This document shows, in pieces, positions 50,581 through 60,731 of a stretch of 64,000 bases of DNA (positions are counted from its first letter, which is position 1; each line of letters opens with the position of its first letter). Source of the DNA: Vulcanimicrobiota bacterium (GTDB taxonomy: Bacteria > Vulcanimicrobiota > Vulcanimicrobiia > Vulcanimicrobiales > Vulcanimicrobiaceae); NCBI GenBank assembly GCA_963809255.1, contig CAWEIR010000003.1:759049-823048 (forward strand), written 5' to 3'. The translations under genes and the position numbers were made by a program. Under the pieces are notes generated by a model, which ran no database searches, had not been told where the DNA came from, and worked only from the letters and a program-made list of their open reading frames with translations.

Positions 50581-50715
50581 ATGAAGCGGACTTATCAGCC
50601 GCACAATCGCCGCCGCAAGCGTGTGCATGGATTCTTAGAACGAATGAGCACCAAGGCCGGACGTAAGGTGCTGGCGCGCCGCCGGAAGAAGGGACGCCAT
50701 CGTCTCACGGTCTGA
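50581..50715 (+). CDS. rpmH: 50S ribosomal protein L34
   Basis: Too short for the ORF track. Direct translation gives [51 protein letters not shown] lies upstream. The stop overlaps the rnpA ATG (TGATG). Confidence 0.95.
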   Translation: MKRTYQPHNRRRKRVHGFLERMSTKAGRKVLARRRKKGRHRLTV

Positions 50716-51041
50716 TGCGCCGCGTGGCGAGCCTGCGCCGGCAAGTGGATTTTGCCCGGTTGCGCCGCCAGGGCCGGCGCGTTTCGACCAAGAGTCTGAC
50801 CATTTACCATAGCGGTGCGCCCACGGGCGACGCGCCCTCGCTCGTCGGGATCACCGTCAGCAAGTCGATCGGAAAGGCCGTGGTCCGCAACAAGCTGCGC
50901 CGGCGTTTGTCGGCAATCGTTCGGGAAGCGCTCGCGTCGCGTGCCGCGATGCGGCTGCTCGTCGTCGCGCGGCCGGTGGCGGCCGAGGCTCGGTTTTCCG
51001 ATTTACGAGCCGAAGTAACTTCGGCTCTGGGACCCGCGTAG
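50715..51041 (+). CDS. rnpA: ribonuclease P protein component
   Basis: 108 aa basic protein directly after rpmH, with the [12 protein letters not shown] (RNR-type) motif. Confidence 0.88.
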   Translation: MRRVASLRRQVDFARLRRQGRRVSTKSLTIYHSGAPTGDAPSLVGITVSKSIGKAVVRNKLRRRLSAIVREALASRAAMRLLVVARPVAAEARFSDLRAEVTSALGPA

Positions 51042-51049
51042 TAGATCGC

Positions 51050-51298
51050 ATGCGAGCCGCCGTCTTGGGACTCATCCGCGCTTACCAGCTCGTCATTTCC
51101 CCGCTGCTTCCTCCGGCTTGCCGTTTCTATCCGAGCTGCTCGGCGTATGCCGCGACCGCAGTGCGGGAGCACGGAATCGGCCGAGGTGGCTGGCTAGCCC
51201 TTTCTCGCCTTGCTCGCTGCCATCCGTGGCACCCGGGCGGCGTCGATTTCGTGCCCGCCGCCGCGACCCACGGCGCGCGCCCCCTGGAATCGAGGTAG
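51050..51298 (+). CDS. yidD: membrane protein insertion efficiency factor YidD
   Basis: Motifs [23 protein letters not shown] and [10 protein letters not shown]. Confidence 0.92.
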   Translation: MRAAVLGLIRAYQLVISPLLPPACRFYPSCSAYAATAVREHGIGRGGWLALSRLARCHPWHPGGVDFVPAAATHGARPLESR

Positions 51299-51301
51299 GC
51301 G

Positions 51302-52180
51302 GTGCACGTTTTACTGGCCACATCGTGGCTGGACCCCTTCGTAAGCTTCATCTGGTCGGTCGTGCTCGCGATCAACAAGCCGATCGGAAATCTCGGCTGG
51401 AGCATGATCGTTCTGGCGGCGCTGATCAGGCTGGTCTTTTGGCCGCTCAATACGGCGCAGTTCAAGGCGTTCTTGAAGATGCAAAAGATTGCGCCGATGC
51501 TCAAACGCCTCCAAGAACGCTTCAAGGACGATAAGCAAAAACAGCAACAGGAAACGATGGCGCTGTACAAGGAGCAGGGCGTCAATCCGTTTGCCGGCTG
51601 CTGGCCGATGCTCGTACAGTATCCCGTCATCATCAGCGTCTATTACGTGGTGCTCAATCACAAGACGGAGTTTGCTAATCAGAGTTGGATGTGGATCGGG
51701 AGCGCTTTCTCCAAAGCGATCTCGTCGCCGTCGCTCTTCGGGACGCACATCTTCGCCGCAAGCCTGGCGCTCCCCGATCTCTTTTTGATCCTGGTCTACG
51801 CGCTCTCGATGTATCTCAGCGTTCGCTACGTGAGCATGCCGGCCACCGATCCGCAGCAAGCTCAGATGCAGCGGTCGATGGCGGTTTTTTCACCGCTGAT
51901 GCTCGGCTTTCTCGGCTGGCGCTATCACTGGCCGTCGGCAATGGTCCTCTACTGGTGCTGCTACAACATTTTCACGATGGCACAGCAGTTCTATCTGCTG
52001 CGCCGCTACCATCAGCCCCTGGCGTTGATCGACAGCGAGCACGTCATTACCGAAAGCGTTTCCGGCGGCAAAGCACCTTCCGGAAAGGCTCTGCCGAGCA
52101 GCAATGGCGCCGCGCAGTCGAGCCAGCCTGGCGCGGCGCGCTCCTCGCGATCGAAGCGAAAGAACAAAAAAGGTAACTAA
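51302..52180 (+). CDS. yidC: membrane protein insertase YidC (short form)
   Basis: Motifs GWSMIVLAALIRLVFWPL, MQKIAPMLKRLQERFKDD, YKEQGVNPFAGCWPMLVQ and a basic C-terminal tail. Confidence 0.93.
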   Translation: MHVLLATSWLDPFVSFIWSVVLAINKPIGNLGWSMIVLAALIRLVFWPLNTAQFKAFLKMQKIAPMLKRLQERFKDDKQKQQQETMALYKEQGVNPFAGCWPMLVQYPVIISVYYVVLNHKTEFANQSWMWIGSAFSKAISSPSLFGTHIFAASLALPDLFLILVYALSMYLSVRYVSMPATDPQQAQMQRSMAVFSPLMLGFLGWRYHWPSAMVLYWCCYNIFTMAQQFYLLRRYHQPLALIDSEHVITESVSGGKAPSGKALPSSNGAAQSSQPGAARSSRSKRKNKKGN

Positions 52181-52181
52181 C

Positions 52182-52793
52182 ATGCTCTACGAAGACGATT
52201 TTGAGTTCGAGGAACAGCCGGCCGACGTGCGCGACCGCCCAATTCCGGGCAAGTCGGGAGGCGGAAGAGACGGCGGTGGCACTCGCCGGCGGCGCGACCC
52301 CCGCCCAAGCAAGACCGCGCCGCGCAATCGGCAAGAGCTCCCCGACGAGGCCAAACCGGCACACGACTTTCTTGCCGAGTTACTCGAGCGAATGGGCGCT
52401 GGCCCGATCGAGATCGAGTATATCGCGCGCCCCGAGGGCGAGTATCTCGAAGTAACCGGACCGAACCTCGGCATGTTGATCGGTCGCCACGGCAATACGT
52501 TGGAAGCGCTCAACCTCGTGTTCAACAACGTGCTCAATGCCGGCGTTCGAAACAATCGCCGATACTTTACCATCGACGCCGAGGGTTACCGCGCCGCGCG
52601 TGCCGACCAGCTGAAAAATCTCGCGCTTGCAACGCTCGAACGCTGTGTCCGCGAGCGCTTGCCGCAGAAGCTCGAACCCATGCTGCCGTCGGAACGGAAG
52701 ATCGTGCATCTCGCAATCGCCGATTCGGAGTTGGTGCGCACGGAATCGGAAGGGGAAGAGCCCGAACGCCGAGTCGTCATATTTCCCCGTTGA
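52182..52793 (+). CDS. jag: Jag/SpoIIIJ-associated RNA-binding protein (KH + R3H)
   Basis: Motifs GMLIGRHGNTLEALNLV (KH) and LEPMLPSERKIVHLAI (R3H). ATG 52182 lies just after the yidC stop. Confidence 0.85.
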   Translation: MLYEDDFEFEEQPADVRDRPIPGKSGGGRDGGGTRRRRDPRPSKTAPRNRQELPDEAKPAHDFLAELLERMGAGPIEIEYIARPEGEYLEVTGPNLGMLIGRHGNTLEALNLVFNNVLNAGVRNNRRYFTIDAEGYRAARADQLKNLALATLERCVRERLPQKLEPMLPSERKIVHLAIADSELVRTESEGEEPERRVVIFPR

Positions 52794-52798
52794 GCTGA

Positions 52799-54154
52799 AT
52801 GCTCGACGGGTCTTCGACGACCATCGTCGCCGTCGCGACGCCTCCCGGAAAGGGCGCGGTCGGCATCGTCCGAGCCAGTGGTCCATCGGTCCCCGAACTC
52901 GTCCACCGCTTAGTTCAAACGAAATCCCGCTTGCGCCGCCGTGTGGCGACGTACGCGACAATCGTTGACGAAAAGGGCGAGCTGCTCGACCGCGGACTGG
53001 CGATTTTTTTCGAAGCGCCGCACAGCTACACCGGCGAGGATTTGCTCGAGCTTCAGATCCACGGCTCTCCGGTGGTCGGCCGCGAAGTCGTTCGCGCGAT
53101 GCTCGCGTGCGGCGCTCGGCTAGCCGAGCCGGGCGAGTTCACCCGTCGCGCATTCTTCAACGGAAAAATGGCGCTGCACGCCGCGGCCGCGGTTGCGGAC
53201 ATCATCGACGCTCAGACACGTTGCGCCGCGCGCGCCGCGCTAGCGAACTTTGAGAGCGGGTTGGCGCAGGAGGTTCGCGCAGTGCGCAGCGCTCTAGCGA
53301 CAATTCTCCAAGAACTCGAGGGCGCGATCGACTTTCCGGACGAAGTTCCCGAGCCCGCACGCGGCGGACTGCGGGAACGACTGGCGCCGATTCGCGCTCG
53401 TTTGGAGCGTCTTGCGCGTGACGGCGAGCTCGGACGTCTCGTGCGAGAGGGCCTCGGCGTCGCGATCGTAGGCCCACCCAACGCCGGAAAGTCGTCGCTG
53501 CTCAATGCCCTGTTGGGTTCCGATCGCGCGATCGTCTCCGACATCCCGGGAACCACCCGCGACACGATCGAGGAAAGTGTGGTAGTCGACGGAGTACCGG
53601 TGCGGCTGATCGATACGGCCGGCATCCGATCCCACGCCGACTGCCTTGAGGCGCACGGCATCGCCCGCACCGAGCGCGCGCTAGACTCGGCTGCCATCGC
53701 CCTCGTCGTCGCCGACGGCTCACAACGGCCGGACTCGGCCTCAAGGCAGCTGATCGAACGTACCCGGGACCGGCCGCGCATACTTTTTCTCAACAAGGCC
53801 GACTTGGGAACTGACCCAACGTTCGCGGCCGTATGGCCGGGCGCAATCGTTGGAAGCGTGCGGAATCCCGAGACGCTGGAGCGGATTCGCGATGCCATCG
53901 CAAGCACCGGCTGGAACGGCGAACGCTTTGACGCAACTCGGCCTCACCTGGCGGGGCTTCACGAGTTCGAGGCCACCTACGCCGCGATCACGGCGCTCGA
54001 GCGCGCCCGCGACGCGCTCGACGCGTCCGAGCCGATCGATTTCGTGGCGACCGAGCTAGCGCACGCGTTTTCGCAACTCGGGCATGTAAGCGAGCAGGTT
54101 GCCGCCGAAGAGATCGTCACTGGCATCTTCTCCCGTTTTTGCATCGGTAAGTAA
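52799..54154 (+). CDS. mnmE: tRNA modification GTPase MnmE
   Basis: Motifs IVAVATPPGKGAVGIVRASG, G-domain GPPNAGKSSLLN and DTAGIR, C-terminal FCIGK. Confidence 0.95.
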   Translation: MLDGSSTTIVAVATPPGKGAVGIVRASGPSVPELVHRLVQTKSRLRRRVATYATIVDEKGELLDRGLAIFFEAPHSYTGEDLLELQIHGSPVVGREVVRAMLACGARLAEPGEFTRRAFFNGKMALHAAAAVADIIDAQTRCAARAALANFESGLAQEVRAVRSALATILQELEGAIDFPDEVPEPARGGLRERLAPIRARLERLARDGELGRLVREGLGVAIVGPPNAGKSSLLNALLGSDRAIVSDIPGTTRDTIEESVVVDGVPVRLIDTAGIRSHADCLEAHGIARTERALDSAAIALVVADGSQRPDSASRQLIERTRDRPRILFLNKADLGTDPTFAAVWPGAIVGSVRNPETLERIRDAIASTGWNGERFDATRPHLAGLHEFEATYAAITALERARDALDASEPIDFVATELAHAFSQLGHVSEQVAAEEIVTGIFSRFCIGK

Positions 54155-54179
54155 CGCACCGACTCACAAGGAGATCGAT

Positions 54180-54278
54180 ATGCAACGCATTCTTCTAATT
54201 GGGCTAACCTCTGCAGCAGATGTTAAGTTATGCACGGGGCAGCGCGTTATTCTCGCCAACGGAAAAGTATTGCAATAA
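54180..54278 (+). CDS. candidate 32-aa small ORF (MQRILLIGLTSAADVKLCTGQRVILANGKVLQ) in a low-GC spacer
   Basis: AAGGAG lies 6 nt upstream of the ATG. The ORF ends 3 nt before the hdeD-like ORF. The local sequence is visibly AT-richer than its surroundings. No homology could be assessed. Confidence 0.3.
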   Translation: MQRILLIGLTSAADVKLCTGQRVILANGKVLQ

Positions 54279-54281
54279 CTC

Positions 54282-54857
54282 GTGCACTCGATTGAAATGG
54301 CCGGCGGCATAGCACGAAACTGGTGGCTGTGGTTGATCCGTGGAATCGTTGCGATTCTCTTCGGCGTGTTCGCACTTCGGTGGCCCGGGGACACACTCGT
54401 CGTCGTCGGGTTTCTCTTTGGTGCCTACGCGCTCGTGGACGGCATCTTAGCGATTGTTGCGACGATACGCGCTGCAGAGACGCATCGGCGCTGGTGGCCG
54501 CTCTTGTTCGAAGGCGTCGTGGGAATACTCATTGCCGCAATAACGTTTTGGGATGTCCGGATCACGTTGCTCGCCCTCTATTTCACGATTGCAGCGTGGG
54601 CTTTTATTACCGGAGTTCTGGAGATCGTGGCGGCAATTCATTTGCGCTCGCACTTAACCAACGAATTCTGGCTCATCATCGGTGGAATTGGTTCGATTCT
54701 CTTCGGCATCTTGATGATTTGGTATCCACTCGCCGGCGCGCTCGCACTCGTTTGGCTGATCAGCGCGTACGCGATCGTTTTCGGGATTGTAATGATAGCT
54801 TTTTCGCTCCGCTTGCGCGGGCACTCCGCCGCTTTAGCAGCCGAGTCAACGCGTTGA
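54282..54857 (+). CDS. HdeD/DUF308 family membrane protein
   Basis: Repeated DUF308 pattern [20 protein letters not shown]...[13 protein letters not shown]...[14 protein letters not shown], six TM helices. ATG 54297 is an alternative start. Confidence 0.8.
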   Translation: MHSIEMAGGIARNWWLWLIRGIVAILFGVFALRWPGDTLVVVGFLFGAYALVDGILAIVATIRAAETHRRWWPLLFEGVVGILIAAITFWDVRITLLALYFTIAAWAFITGVLEIVAAIHLRSHLTNEFWLIIGGIGSILFGILMIWYPLAGALALVWLISAYAIVFGIVMIAFSLRLRGHSAALAAESTR

Positions 54858-54862
54858 CCTCT

Positions 54863-56725
54863 ATGCTCGACGACGCCGGCACGATCGTCGTCGGCGGCGG
54901 CCATGCCGGCGTCGAGGCTGCATTAGCGGCGGCGCGTCTCGGCGTTCCAACGATACTCGTGACCGGCGATCCGCAGAGAATCTGCACGTTGCCCTGCAAC
55001 CCGTCGATCGGCGGGAGCGCCAAGGGCCAGTTGGTTCGCGAGATCGACGCGCTCGGCGGGGCCATGGCCGGCATCGCCGATCGCTGCAGCGTTCACGCTC
55101 GTTTTCTCAATGAGAGCAAGGGGCCCGCGGTGCGAGCCCTACGCCAGCAGATGGACAAGCCCGCGTACGGCAGACTCGCGACGGCGCTGCTGCAATCGCA
55201 GACGAATCTCACGATCGTCCAGGGTCTGGTCGAAGACCTGATCGTAGAGGGGGGCGCGGTTCGTGGCGTCGTCTGCGCCGGCGACGCCCGCTATCGCGCC
55301 AGAAGGATCGTCCTTGCGACGGGCACTTTTCTGGGTGGAAAGTCATTTTGCGGAAGCGTCGTGCGCGCCGAAGGACGCTTTGGCGAGGCGCCGGCGCGCG
55401 GCCTAGCCGCTGCACTGCGTCGTCTGGGCTTTCCGGCAGCGCGACTGAAGACCGGTACGCCGCCGCGCATCGACCGGCGCACCGTGAATTATGACGCGAT
55501 GACGCTGCAGCCGCCCAGCTCGCATCCATTGCTGTTCTCGTACGCGAGCGAAAAAAAGTTCGCGGGACCCCAACTGCCGTGTTACGTCACGCAAACCAAC
55601 GCGCACACGCATGCCTTAGTGCGAGAGAATCTTTCCAAGTCGCCGCTCTATGGACTCGATTTGATTCGAGGCATCGGCCCGCGATATTGTCCGTCGATCG
55701 AAGACAAGGTCGTAAAGTTCGCGCATAATCCGGCGCATCAAATCTTTATCGAGCCGGAAGGCTGGGACGAGCCTACGCTTTACGTGGGCGGCTTTTCGAC
55801 CTCGCTGCCGGCCGAGATCCAGCTTGAGATGCTTCACACGCTGCCCGGCTTGGAAGCGTGCAGCATGCTTCGAGCCGGCTACGCGGTGGAATACGACATG
55901 GTGCCCCCTACGGAGCTGCGTGAGACGCTGGAGACCCGCCGGATCGCCGGCCTCTACCACTGCGGGCAGCTCAACGGCACCTCCGGTTATGAGGAGGCCG
56001 CGGCGCAAGGACTCGTCGCCGGCATCAATGCCGCGCGGGCAGCCCGTGGCGAGGAACCGCTTCGGCTGAGCCGAGCCCAGGCCTACATCGGCGTGCTCAT
56101 CGACGACTTGGTGACCAAAGGCGTCAACGAGCCCTATCGCATGCTCACCTCGCGCGCCGAACATCGCGTCCTGCTGCGGCACGATAACGCGGATCTGCGC
56201 CTGACGCCCGTGGGCCGCGAGATGGGAATGATCGACGATCGGGCCTGGGAGGGCTTCCAGCGACGGCGCGAAGCGCTCCAACTCGCGCGCACCCGAGCCG
56301 AGAAGACTCGCATCTCAGAGGAGCGCGTGGGCGAGGAACGCTTCGCCGCCGGGAGCACGATCGCGGACGCCCTGCGCCGGCCGACCCTCGAGTTCGGCGA
56401 CGTTGCCGCCCGCTTTGACCCGGTTCTCGATGACGAAATCGGCGAACGGCTGGCTATCGAGCTCAAATGCGCGGGCTACGTGCGCCGTCAAGAGCTTGCG
56501 ATCGAGAAGGCCTCGAAGACCGAGAATGCGATGATACCGGCCGATTTCGACTACCAATCGATTGCGGCGCTCTCGGCGGAGGCGCGCGAAAAATTTACCG
56601 CGCAACGGCCCCGAACGCTTGGGACGGCCGGGCGAATTCCCGGCATCACGCCCTCCGATGTCGCCATCGTCGGCCTTTTCGTCTATAGGGGCTCCCGCGA
56701 GAGCCTCCCCGTTCCCGCGGTCTGA
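54863..56725 (+). CDS. mnmG: tRNA uridine 5-carboxymethylaminomethyl modification enzyme MnmG (GidA)
   Basis: Motifs [34 protein letters not shown] and [11 protein letters not shown]. The 800-aa track ORF is fused in frame with upstream non-gene sequence. Confidence 0.95.
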   Translation: MLDDAGTIVVGGGHAGVEAALAAARLGVPTILVTGDPQRICTLPCNPSIGGSAKGQLVREIDALGGAMAGIADRCSVHARFLNESKGPAVRALRQQMDKPAYGRLATALLQSQTNLTIVQGLVEDLIVEGGAVRGVVCAGDARYRARRIVLATGTFLGGKSFCGSVVRAEGRFGEAPARGLAAALRRLGFPAARLKTGTPPRIDRRTVNYDAMTLQPPSSHPLLFSYASEKKFAGPQLPCYVTQTNAHTHALVRENLSKSPLYGLDLIRGIGPRYCPSIEDKVVKFAHNPAHQIFIEPEGWDEPTLYVGGFSTSLPAEIQLEMLHTLPGLEACSMLRAGYAVEYDMVPPTELRETLETRRIAGLYHCGQLNGTSGYEEAAAQGLVAGINAARAARGEEPLRLSRAQAYIGVLIDDLVTKGVNEPYRMLTSRAEHRVLLRHDNADLRLTPVGREMGMIDDRAWEGFQRRREALQLARTRAEKTRISEERVGEERFAAGSTIADALRRPTLEFGDVAARFDPVLDDEIGERLAIELKCAGYVRRQELAIEKASKTENAMIPADFDYQSIAALSAEAREKFTAQRPRTLGTAGRIPGITPSDVAIVGLFVYRGSRESLPVPAV

Positions 56726-56729
56726 CCAA

Positions 56730-57398
56730 ATGGCGGCCCTCGAAGACCTTCTCGCCGCAGAGGGGCTGGGCGAAGGCCACGTCGCGGCCCTGGCGCTCTA
56801 CGGCCGGCTCGTTCTCGAAGCCAATCGCCACTTCAACGTGACGGGAGCCCGCTCGCCCGAAGAGATCGCGCGCCATATCGCCGACAGCCTTTCGGTCGTT
56901 CCGTATCTGAGGGAGCCGTATGTGGACGTCGGATCGGGCGCCGGCTTCCCCGCGATTCCGGTCGGGATCGTGACCGGAATGCCCGTCACGTTGATCGAGG
57001 CGACCCAGAAGAAGGCTCGCCTGCTTGGATCGCTCTTAGAGCGGCTCGAGCTCCAAGGAATCGTCATCGCGGAACGCGCGGAAGCCGCCGGCCACCGGCC
57101 CGAGCTGCGCGAGCACTTCACGACCGGAACCTGCCGAGCGGTGGCCAGCGCCCCAGCGGTCGCGGAGCTCCTTTTGCCCTTCATCGGAATCGGCGGAGCG
57201 GCGGTCTTGCAGCGCGGCCGCATCGACGAACGCGAACGCAGCGCCCTCGAAGACGCATCGTTGATGCTGGGAGGCTCGGTTGAGGTCGAGGATGAGCTCG
57301 GCGGCGCTCGCCGTATCGTTCTCCTGCGCAAGCAGCGGGCGACCCCCAGCCGATTTCCCCGCCGCACCTGGGCACAGAAGCGCCCGCTCTGCGATTAG
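56730..57398 (+). CDS. rsmG: 16S rRNA (guanine527-N7)-methyltransferase RsmG
   Basis: Motifs NRHFNVTGARSPEEIARHIADS and SAM motif VDVGSGAGFPAIP. Confidence 0.9.
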   Translation: MAALEDLLAAEGLGEGHVAALALYGRLVLEANRHFNVTGARSPEEIARHIADSLSVVPYLREPYVDVGSGAGFPAIPVGIVTGMPVTLIEATQKKARLLGSLLERLELQGIVIAERAEAAGHRPELREHFTTGTCRAVASAPAVAELLLPFIGIGGAAVLQRGRIDERERSALEDASLMLGGSVEVEDELGGARRIVLLRKQRATPSRFPRRTWAQKRPLCD

Positions 57399-57496
57399 TC
57401 AAGGATTTCCGAATTGTTTCCCGTGAAACACGCGCTCCGGCGGCCCCACAAGCCCGGGGCGATTGAATCCGGCCGGGTCCGTAGAAGATAGCGCTG

Positions 57497-58882
57497 ATGC
57501 AGCCTGCTCATTCGATCGATGCTCTGCTTGCGGCCGCTCTTCCCGAGGGAAGCCTTTATGCCGTGGGTGGAAGGGTGCGTGACGAGCTGCGGGCGGAACT
57601 CGAATCGGCTCCGGTCACAACCAAAGACTTAGACTATGTCGTGGCCGGGATGCCGCTGGAGGGCCTCGTTGCAGCGCTACGGCCGTTAGGACGGATTGAC
57701 GTCGTCGGCGCCTCGTTCTCCGTCGTGAAGCTCTCCGTTGGCTCCGAAACCGTCAACGTAGCCCTGCCGCGGCGGGAGCGTTCCGTCGGCATCGGGCACC
57801 GAGAGTTCCAAGTCGAGGCGGGCCCCAGCGTCACCCTCGAAGAGGACCTCGGCCGACGCGATTTCCGCATGAATATGCTCGCGCGGGGGCTTCCGTCCGG
57901 TCTCTTGATCGACCCGTATGGCGGCCAGGACGACATCCGGCAACGCCGCATCGATATTCTCGCGCCGGCAAGCTTCCGTGAAGATCCGCTGCGGATGCTG
58001 CGCGCCGCTCAGTTCGCCGCTCGTTTCGAATACTCGACCACGGCAAGTCTCCGCGCGGCAATGACCGAGTCCGCGCCGCTAGTGGCAAGCGTTTCGGCCG
58101 AGCGAATCCATGACGAGCTGACGAAGCTCTTTGTGAAGGCGCGCAAACCGTCGATCGGGCTGGAGCTGCTTCGCGAGACCGGAGTCTTGGCGTTCCTTTG
58201 GCCGGAGCTGCTCGAAGGGGTCGGCGTCGAGCAGAACGAGTGGCACGCCTACGACGTCTGGACTCATTTGCTCGCAACCCTCGACGCCTCTCCGCCTGGC
58301 GACCTTACCATTCGCTTAGCAGCCTTGCTGCACGACGTGGGCAAGCCGAGAACCAAGGATGGTCCTCATTTTTACCGTCATGAGATCGTGGGCGCCGAGA
58401 TGGCCGAAGCGATGCTCGAGCGTTTCCGGTTCCCCAATGGGGTCGTCAACGCGACCGGCCACTTGGTCCGCCATCATATGTACAACGGGGATCCGCAGCT
58501 TACCGACGCGGCGCTGCGCCGTTTCATCCGGCGGGTTCACCCGGAAAACATCGAACGTTTGTTCGTATTGCGGCAGGCGGACGTTCGAGGCAGTGGGCTG
58601 CCGAAGCGCGACGACAGCAACGAACGCTTCGAGGCGCGCGTCCACGCGGAGCTTGCCAAGAAACCGGCCTTCTCCCTCGCCGATCTGGCCGTCAACGGCG
58701 ACGACGTCATTGCGGCACTCCTGCGCCGAGAGGAAGTATCGCCTGGATTTCCGGGCGACGAGCGCGTCGGCGCCGCGTTGCGCTGGCTCTTCGAGCAGGT
58801 CACCGACGAGCCCGAACGTAACGAGCGGACGTTGCTGCTGCAAAGCCTCGAGCAGTACCTCGATCGCGTCGGCACTCCATAG
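57497..58882 (+). CDS. CCA-adding tRNA nucleotidyltransferase / poly(A) polymerase family with HD domain
   Basis: Motifs AVGGRVRDEL..DLDY, RRDFRMNMLA and HD motif AALLHDVGKP. Confidence 0.85.
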   Translation: MQPAHSIDALLAAALPEGSLYAVGGRVRDELRAELESAPVTTKDLDYVVAGMPLEGLVAALRPLGRIDVVGASFSVVKLSVGSETVNVALPRRERSVGIGHREFQVEAGPSVTLEEDLGRRDFRMNMLARGLPSGLLIDPYGGQDDIRQRRIDILAPASFREDPLRMLRAAQFAARFEYSTTASLRAAMTESAPLVASVSAERIHDELTKLFVKARKPSIGLELLRETGVLAFLWPELLEGVGVEQNEWHAYDVWTHLLATLDASPPGDLTIRLAALLHDVGKPRTKDGPHFYRHEIVGAEMAEAMLERFRFPNGVVNATGHLVRHHMYNGDPQLTDAALRRFIRRVHPENIERLFVLRQADVRGSGLPKRDDSNERFEARVHAELAKKPAFSLADLAVNGDDVIAALLRREEVSPGFPGDERVGAALRWLFEQVTDEPERNERTLLLQSLEQYLDRVGTP

Positions 58883-58902
58883 ATAGCACGGAGAGAAACC
58901 CT

Positions 58903-59676
58903 CTGGGTCGCATCATCGCGCTGGTCAACCAAAAAGGCGGCGTTGGGAAAAGCACGACGGCCGTTAATCTTGGCGCGGCATTGGCGATGCTCGGCAGTCG
59001 CGTACTCGTGATCGACAGCGATCCGCAGGGAAACACGACGACCGGCCTAGGCATCGACAAAGGACGGTTGACGCACGACATCTATCACGCGCTCATGCAA
59101 GAGACGCCGCTCGAGAGCGTCGTCGTGCGAACCGAAATCGAAAATCTGATGCTCGCTCCCGCAACGATCAATCTCGCCGGCGCGGACGTCGAACTCGTGG
59201 CCGCGCTCTCGCGAGAGACGCGGCTTCGTCAAGCGCTCGCGCCGGTCGCGAGCGCGTACGATTTCGTACTGATCGATTCACCGCCGTCGCTCGGCCTATT
59301 GACGATCAACGCGCTCACCGCCGCGGACGACTGTCTCATTCCCGTGCAGGCCGAGTTCTACGCTCTCGAGGGACTGGCGCAGCTAACCAGCGTGATTTGG
59401 CGCGTACGCGACGCGCTCAATCCGACGCTGCATGTCAGCGGCGTTCTCGTCACGATGTTCGACGGCCGCACGCGTTTGGCGCTCGAAGTGATTCGCGAAC
59501 TCGAGAAGTACTTTCCAGAGCAGATTTTCAAAACGCAGATCCCTCGTAACGTGCGCATCTCCGAGGCGCCCTCGTACGGTAAGCCGGTGCTGCTCTTCGA
59601 TCTCAAGAGCCGCGGAGCGCAAGCCTATCTCGCCGTCGCGCGCGAGATGCTCGAACCGGCGCGAGCCTCCGCATGA
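58903..59676 (+). CDS. parA: chromosome partitioning ATPase ParA/Soj (apparent non-canonical CTG start)
   Basis: The deviant Walker A NQKGGVGKSTTA (58927-58962) lies upstream of the first in-frame ATG/GTG/TTG (58981). CTG 58903 is preceded by GGAGAG at 7 nt. Also has IDSDPQGN and LIDSPPS. Confidence 0.85.
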   Translation: MGRIIALVNQKGGVGKSTTAVNLGAALAMLGSRVLVIDSDPQGNTTTGLGIDKGRLTHDIYHALMQETPLESVVVRTEIENLMLAPATINLAGADVELVAALSRETRLRQALAPVASAYDFVLIDSPPSLGLLTINALTAADDCLIPVQAEFYALEGLAQLTSVIWRVRDALNPTLHVSGVLVTMFDGRTRLALEVIRELEKYFPEQIFKTQIPRNVRISEAPSYGKPVLLFDLKSRGAQAYLAVAREMLEPARASA

Positions 59677-60536
59677 GCGCGCCGAAGCGCGGTTTGGGCA
59701 GAGGGTTGGCGGCGCTGCTCGGCGAGAGCGTCGTGCCGATTTCGAGCTCTCAAGACATCGTGCGAGAGATCCCGTTGACCGAGATCACACCCAATCCGTT
59801 TCAGCCTCGAAAGACCTTCGACGGCACGGCGCTCGACGAGCTCAAGGCTTCGATTGCCGAATACGGCATCTTGGTACCGGTTATCGTGCGGCGGCGCGGC
59901 AACGGATACGAGCTGATTGCGGGTGAACGGCGTTGGCGCGCGAGTGCCGCCTTGCAACGGCCGACGATTCCCGCCATCGTTCGATCCAGCGACGATCGTC
60001 AAACGCTCGAGTTTGCGATCGTCGAGAATCTGCAGCGCGAGGATTTGAATGCACTCGAAGAAGCCGCCGGCTTTCAATATCTCATCGACGAACACGGCCT
60101 GACGCAAGAAGAAGTTGCACGCCGCCTCGGCAAGAGCCGGCCCGCGATCGCCAATACGCTGCGCCTACTCGCGTTGCCCGATTCGATCAAAGCGATGCTC
60201 GCCGACGCACGGCTTTCGGCTGGTCACGCGCGAGCGCTGCTCTCCGCGCCCGAGTCCGCGCGCGTTCCGCTGGCGCAGCGCGCCGCGAGCGAAGGCTTAA
60301 CGGTTCGCGCACTAGAGCGATTGGCGGCCGCAGGAACCGTTGCGCATCCCAAAGTCATCCCCACGCCGCGCGCACTCACACCTGACGAGCACGATTTCGA
60401 AAGACGGCTGCGCGAGCGCTTTGGCACTCACGTCGTGCTCGTCCGTTACCGGCGCGGGGGTCGGGTCGAGTTTCGCTTCCAGAACGACGACGAACTCTTG
60501 CGTCTTGGCGACCTCTTTATGCAAAAAGAACCGTAG
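59673..60536 (+). CDS. parB: chromosome partitioning protein ParB/Spo0J
   Basis: Motifs KRGLGRGLAALL, IVRRRGNGYELIAGERRWRA and IVENLQREDLN, plus an HTH. ATGA overlap with parA. Confidence 0.94.
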   Translation: MSAPKRGLGRGLAALLGESVVPISSSQDIVREIPLTEITPNPFQPRKTFDGTALDELKASIAEYGILVPVIVRRRGNGYELIAGERRWRASAALQRPTIPAIVRSSDDRQTLEFAIVENLQREDLNALEEAAGFQYLIDEHGLTQEEVARRLGKSRPAIANTLRLLALPDSIKAMLADARLSAGHARALLSAPESARVPLAQRAASEGLTVRALERLAAAGTVAHPKVIPTPRALTPDEHDFERRLRERFGTHVVLVRYRRGGRVEFRFQNDDELLRLGDLFMQKEP

Positions 60537-60548
60537 GAATCAGTCTTC

Positions 60549-60731
60549 GTGCTCGTACCGGTTTCGCGAGTGGTCGCAATCGTCATGGCTGGCGTGCTTT
60601 GCTTCGGCATACTGGTGCCGCTGTCGCTGGCGCGCCACAATATCGGGCTGGCCGTCTTTACGGCGGTCGTTTTCATCGCCTATCTCGCCGCAAACGTGAT
60701 TCTATGGCAACGCATGCGCCCGCGCGCGTGA
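60549..60731 (+). CDS. small two-TM hypothetical membrane protein
   Basis: 60 aa with two hydrophobic helices (VVAIVMAGVLCFGILVPLSL / AVFTAVVFIAYLAANVILW). GTG start with AGGAA 9 nt upstream. Overlaps the possible thiE starts. Confidence 0.4.
   Translation: MLVPVSRVVAIVMAGVLCFGILVPLSLARHNIGLAVFTAVVFIAYLAANVILWQRMRPRA

Noticed and set aside
54323-56725. Over-long track ORFs (800-aa mnmG; 388-aa 19430..20596; 459-aa 33892..35271; 297-aa 37863..38756; 463-aa 25704..27095; 170-aa 4732..5244; 486-aa 5788..7248)
   Set aside because: These are longest-ORF extensions through upstream genes. Conserved N-termini, SD sequences and 4-nt overlaps with the upstream stop place the true starts downstream, as listed in the features.
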